Source of the DNA: Synechococcales cyanobacterium VAR_4_metabat_354
GTDB taxonomy: Bacteria; Cyanobacteriota; Cyanobacteriia; Cyanobacteriales; Chamaesiphonaceae
DNA length: 48,467 nucleotides
Assembly: GCA_031414775.1 (NCBI GenBank)
Contig: JANOQI010000032.1
Span: 1 to 48,467, forward strand
Direction of reading: 5' to 3'
A program made the position numbers and the translations under genes. This document shows positions 45,739 to 48,467 of the stretch, piece by piece; the first letter of the stretch is position 1; every line of letters starts with the position of its first letter. The notes under the pieces are model-generated. The model did not search any database. It was not told where the DNA came from and saw only the letters and a list, made by a program, of their open reading frames with translations.

Positions 45739-46224
45739 ATGATCACCTCACTTCGCTCCGTATCAAGATCTCGCTCCGCCGTCATTTGCTTAACAATAAT
45801 GTTTGGTGGAGGGCAAGTTGGCATCGTTGCTGCCCAAGCTGGGACAGCCCGACAGCGTTTTTCGCAACAACAGTTTTCGCAAGCGTCGTCTACCGAAGGA
45901 GTCAGTAGCCCTGAACTTAAAAAGTATGCTAAGGCTCTCATTGAAATTGAACCACTGCGGATTTCGGCCTTAGAGACTATTAGCAAAAGAGTGGAAGGCA
46001 ATTTGCCTAACTTAATGTGTCACCAGCCGGAGAGTATGAGCAGCTTGCCCGGTGATGCTCGTAGAGTGTTTGTGAGCTATTGCAATCAGTCCAAATCTAT
46101 TGCTCAGGGTTACGGTTTGGGTATGGAAAGATTCAATGAAATTACCAACCTGGTTTTGTCTAATCCCCGTCTGCAAGGTCGTTTACAGCGGCAGGTGACC
46201 TGCGTTCAAGACGGTAGTTGCTAG
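45739..46224 (+). CDS. DUF4168-like exported protein
   Basis: Signal-like N-terminus; YAKA..EIEPLR, C...YCN and GL..ERFNEIT pattern. Confidence 0.7.
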   Translation: MITSLRSVSRSRSAVICLTIMFGGGQVGIVAAQAGTARQRFSQQQFSQASSTEGVSSPELKKYAKALIEIEPLRISALETISKRVEGNLPNLMCHQPESMSSLPGDARRVFVSYCNQSKSIAQGYGLGMERFNEITNLVLSNPRLQGRLQRQVTCVQDGSC

Positions 46225-46253
46225 AGAACTAGGTGGCAGTGAGTGGAGAGTTA

Positions 46254-48152
46254 TTAGACCTGAACTACAGTTTCGGGACTGATTGGTGTCGTGGGTGTAG
46301 GCTGAAAAACCTGAAGGTCGAACCAAAAAGTGGTACCAACCCCTTCCTCGCTGATCAAATTAATTTGGCTGTGATGCTTATCCATGATGTTCCGGACAAT
46401 CGATAGCCCTAAACCGGTGCCTTCTAGAGTATGTACCCGGTTTTCTACCCGGAAAAACCGATCAAATATGGCGCCTTGATCCTCTGGGGCAATGCCAATG
46501 CCGGTATCGGAAATCTCGACGCGCACTACCTGTGGTGCGATGGTTTTATCTACTACATAGGTACGAATGGCAATTTGGTCACCGCTATGGGTAAATTTCA
46601 GCGCATTTCCTACCAAATTGGCCAGTACCTGAAGTAACAGGTCGTAATTGCCGAGGATAGTCGGTAATTGTGGCTCAATGTCTTGAATGATTTCAATGCC
46701 TTTATCGCGAGCATTTAAGCGATGAGTGCGCAAAGTTTGATCGATCGCCTGAAACATTTCCACTGCTTCAAAATTATAAACTTTAGAAGATTCCAACTTA
46801 GACAGGTCTAAGACATCATTTACCAGTCTGGTTAACCTGTCGGTCTCTCGATTGGCAGTATCCAAGAATTCTTTACGCTCATCCTCGCTGAGGTCGGCAC
46901 CATACTCATGCAAGGTTTCAATAAAAGACTTAATGTTGAATAGCGGCGTGCGCAGCTCGTGGGAGACATTACTAATAAACTGACTCTTAGCTTCATTTAG
47001 TTCTACTTCGCGGGTAATATCTTGAATGGTCATGGCCACCCGTTGCCCCAGTACCTTGGTCAGTAATACCCGTAGATTGCGATTGGTGGTCTGGCCAGAT
47101 AGTACTCGAAATTCGCCACTCTCTAGTTCACCAGTCACAATTTGCTGAAGGGGATGAGTCAGTTCGATCGATACCTTGGGCGGCAAAATATCCGAAATAC
47201 TGGTGCCAACGACTTCTGATTCCCAGCCAAACAATCGGCGAGCGGTGAGATTGGCCAGCACCACATGCAGGTCTTTATCAATTAGTACGGCTCCATCGGC
47301 AATGGTCGATACCAAGGTATCTAACTTAGCTTTCTCGGTAGTGAGTTCTTCAATATTTTGCTCTTCATAGATCTCCAGCTTTTCGGCCATCTCATTGAAG
47401 CTACCAATTAATTCGCCCAGCTCGCCGCCCAGAGGTAGATTAATGCGCTGTTTGAAGTTACCAGCGGCAATGTTTTTAACACCAGACAGCAGTTCTTTGA
47501 TGGGATTAGTAATTTGCAAGGCATTAAAAACAGCCCCTAAAATGACCATCACCCAGATCGAAACAAACACTGCGATCGTTACATCCCGAGTTAACCCAGA
47601 TGAAGCGACAACGGTGGGGTTAGGATTGATGCCCAGTGCCAGCACCCCTAAAGGTTTACCTTCAAAAACCACTGGCACAAATATATCGGTAACTACTCCA
47701 TTGGGAGTACGATGTTGCCGTGCCAGAATTGAATCACTGCCCTCTCGTTGTTCCGGCAGCTGAATCCGCCGTTCAATCATTAATGAGTTTTGGACTTCGG
47801 ATTCGGAAAAAGGAATTCCTAGGCGAATAGTACCGGTTTGGTCGGCGTAGAGGATATAGCGCAGGCTGGAAGTGGTTTTGTAGAATTGATTAGAAAATCT
47901 GGCAAATTCTGTTAAATTATTTTCGGCTAGTTGCGGGGCAACATTTGCCGCCAAAAGCAACCCCAAATCTCGACCAAAGCGGGTATCACTGCTTCTGGCA
48001 TCGACTTGAATAGTGTTGACTGCCCAGAACGTTACGCCACTGACAATCAGGGAGACAACTAGAGTTGCTGCTGCCATCAGCTTGGTTTGCAGTGTGAACT
48101 CTGTCCACCAGTTTGCAATTATTTCTCGGAATCGTTGAAGACCAGCAAACAT
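46254..48152 (-). CDS. nblS: Sensor histidine kinase NblS/Hik33/DspA
   Basis: WW.EFTLQTKLMAAATLVVS N-terminus, 2 TM, HAMP, PAS, SNVSHELRTPLFNIKSFIETL and FFRVENRVHTLEGTGLGL. Confidence 0.95.
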   Translation of the reverse strand: MFAGLQRFREIIANWWTEFTLQTKLMAAATLVVSLIVSGVTFWAVNTIQVDARSSDTRFGRDLGLLLAANVAPQLAENNLTEFARFSNQFYKTTSSLRYILYADQTGTIRLGIPFSESEVQNSLMIERRIQLPEQREGSDSILARQHRTPNGVVTDIFVPVVFEGKPLGVLALGINPNPTVVASSGLTRDVTIAVFVSIWVMVILGAVFNALQITNPIKELLSGVKNIAAGNFKQRINLPLGGELGELIGSFNEMAEKLEIYEEQNIEELTTEKAKLDTLVSTIADGAVLIDKDLHVVLANLTARRLFGWESEVVGTSISDILPPKVSIELTHPLQQIVTGELESGEFRVLSGQTTNRNLRVLLTKVLGQRVAMTIQDITREVELNEAKSQFISNVSHELRTPLFNIKSFIETLHEYGADLSEDERKEFLDTANRETDRLTRLVNDVLDLSKLESSKVYNFEAVEMFQAIDQTLRTHRLNARDKGIEIIQDIEPQLPTILGNYDLLLQVLANLVGNALKFTHSGDQIAIRTYVVDKTIAPQVVRVEISDTGIGIAPEDQGAIFDRFFRVENRVHTLEGTGLGLSIVRNIMDKHHSQINLISEEGVGTTFWFDLQVFQPTPTTPISPETVVQV

Positions 48153-48329
48153 CGCTTATACATGGGTAGCAGACTGCTTTCAGTATACCTCTGATACCCA
48201 GCGAAAAAGCTGGACTTACAACTGGCTGATGGGACTTGTTATAAACCTTTTATACTAGGTTTATTTTGTCTAAAGATGGAATAGTGATGTATAAAATGAT
48301 TTTCGACCCTCTCATGATTTTCTAGTATA

Positions 48330-48467
48330 ACGTGAGTTCGGGATAAGGAAAGAAAAAAAGGGGCAAAACAGATAGTCTGGAGGTACCAATCAACCAAAAA
48401 TCTGGATTGCCTTATGCCTAGTTTAGAAGAACTCTTTTGTTCCGTCGATGATTTCTGTCAAATCTTT
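48330..48467 (+). mobile_element. 5' end of a probable IS982-family element: left terminal repeat and transposase N-terminus (from 48414, partial)
   Basis: Terminus-like ACGTGAGTTCGGGATAAG, then ORF MPSLEELFCSVDDFCQIF running off the window. The LFCxVDDF N-terminus is characteristic of IS982 transposases. Confidence 0.75.

Noticed and set aside
1..48467. High density of GCGATCGC/CGATCG, and many 60-150 aa ORFs nested in or antisense to larger genes
   Set aside because: HIP1 enrichment is a well-known cyanobacterial trait. The nested ORFs are shadow frames without independent evidence.

Overview
This is a cyanobacterial chromosomal segment, shown by abundant HIP1 GCGATCGC/CGATCG sites, nblS/hik33, rne and the asd-dapA-rnj cluster. 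It is bounded by partial insertion sequences: an IS1634-like 3' end on the left and an IS982-like 5' end on the right. The first ~17 kb is a decaying accessory region. It carries trpB2, a frameshifted MGT glycosyltransferase, a doubly broken AraC regulator, a DJ-1/GAF-LuxR pair, a lipoprotein class A beta-lactamase, an integrase remnant, a MITE, a GNAT/DUF1778 toxin-antitoxin pair, a complete IS605 element (tnpA plus a rearranged-RuvC tnpB) and a WGR/beta-propeller protein. The remainder is mostly housekeeping (cdaA-uppS, rnj, dapA, asd, tig-clpP-clpX, mtnP, recJ, trmB, glcEF, iscS-like, rne, rdgB, nblS). It also holds an FHA pseudokinase and a Cph2-like GAF-GAF-GGDEF-EAL protein lacking bilin-binding residues. 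The most striking pattern beyond gene content is a set of 22-48 nt structured micro-insertions inside genes, some targeted to HIP1 cores and some in-frame (tnpB, recJ, a GNAT, the kinase). A perfect 18-bp hairpin also sits exactly on a frameshift. No CRISPR array, tRNA or rRNA was seen. Family assignments rest on recognised motifs; no searches were run.
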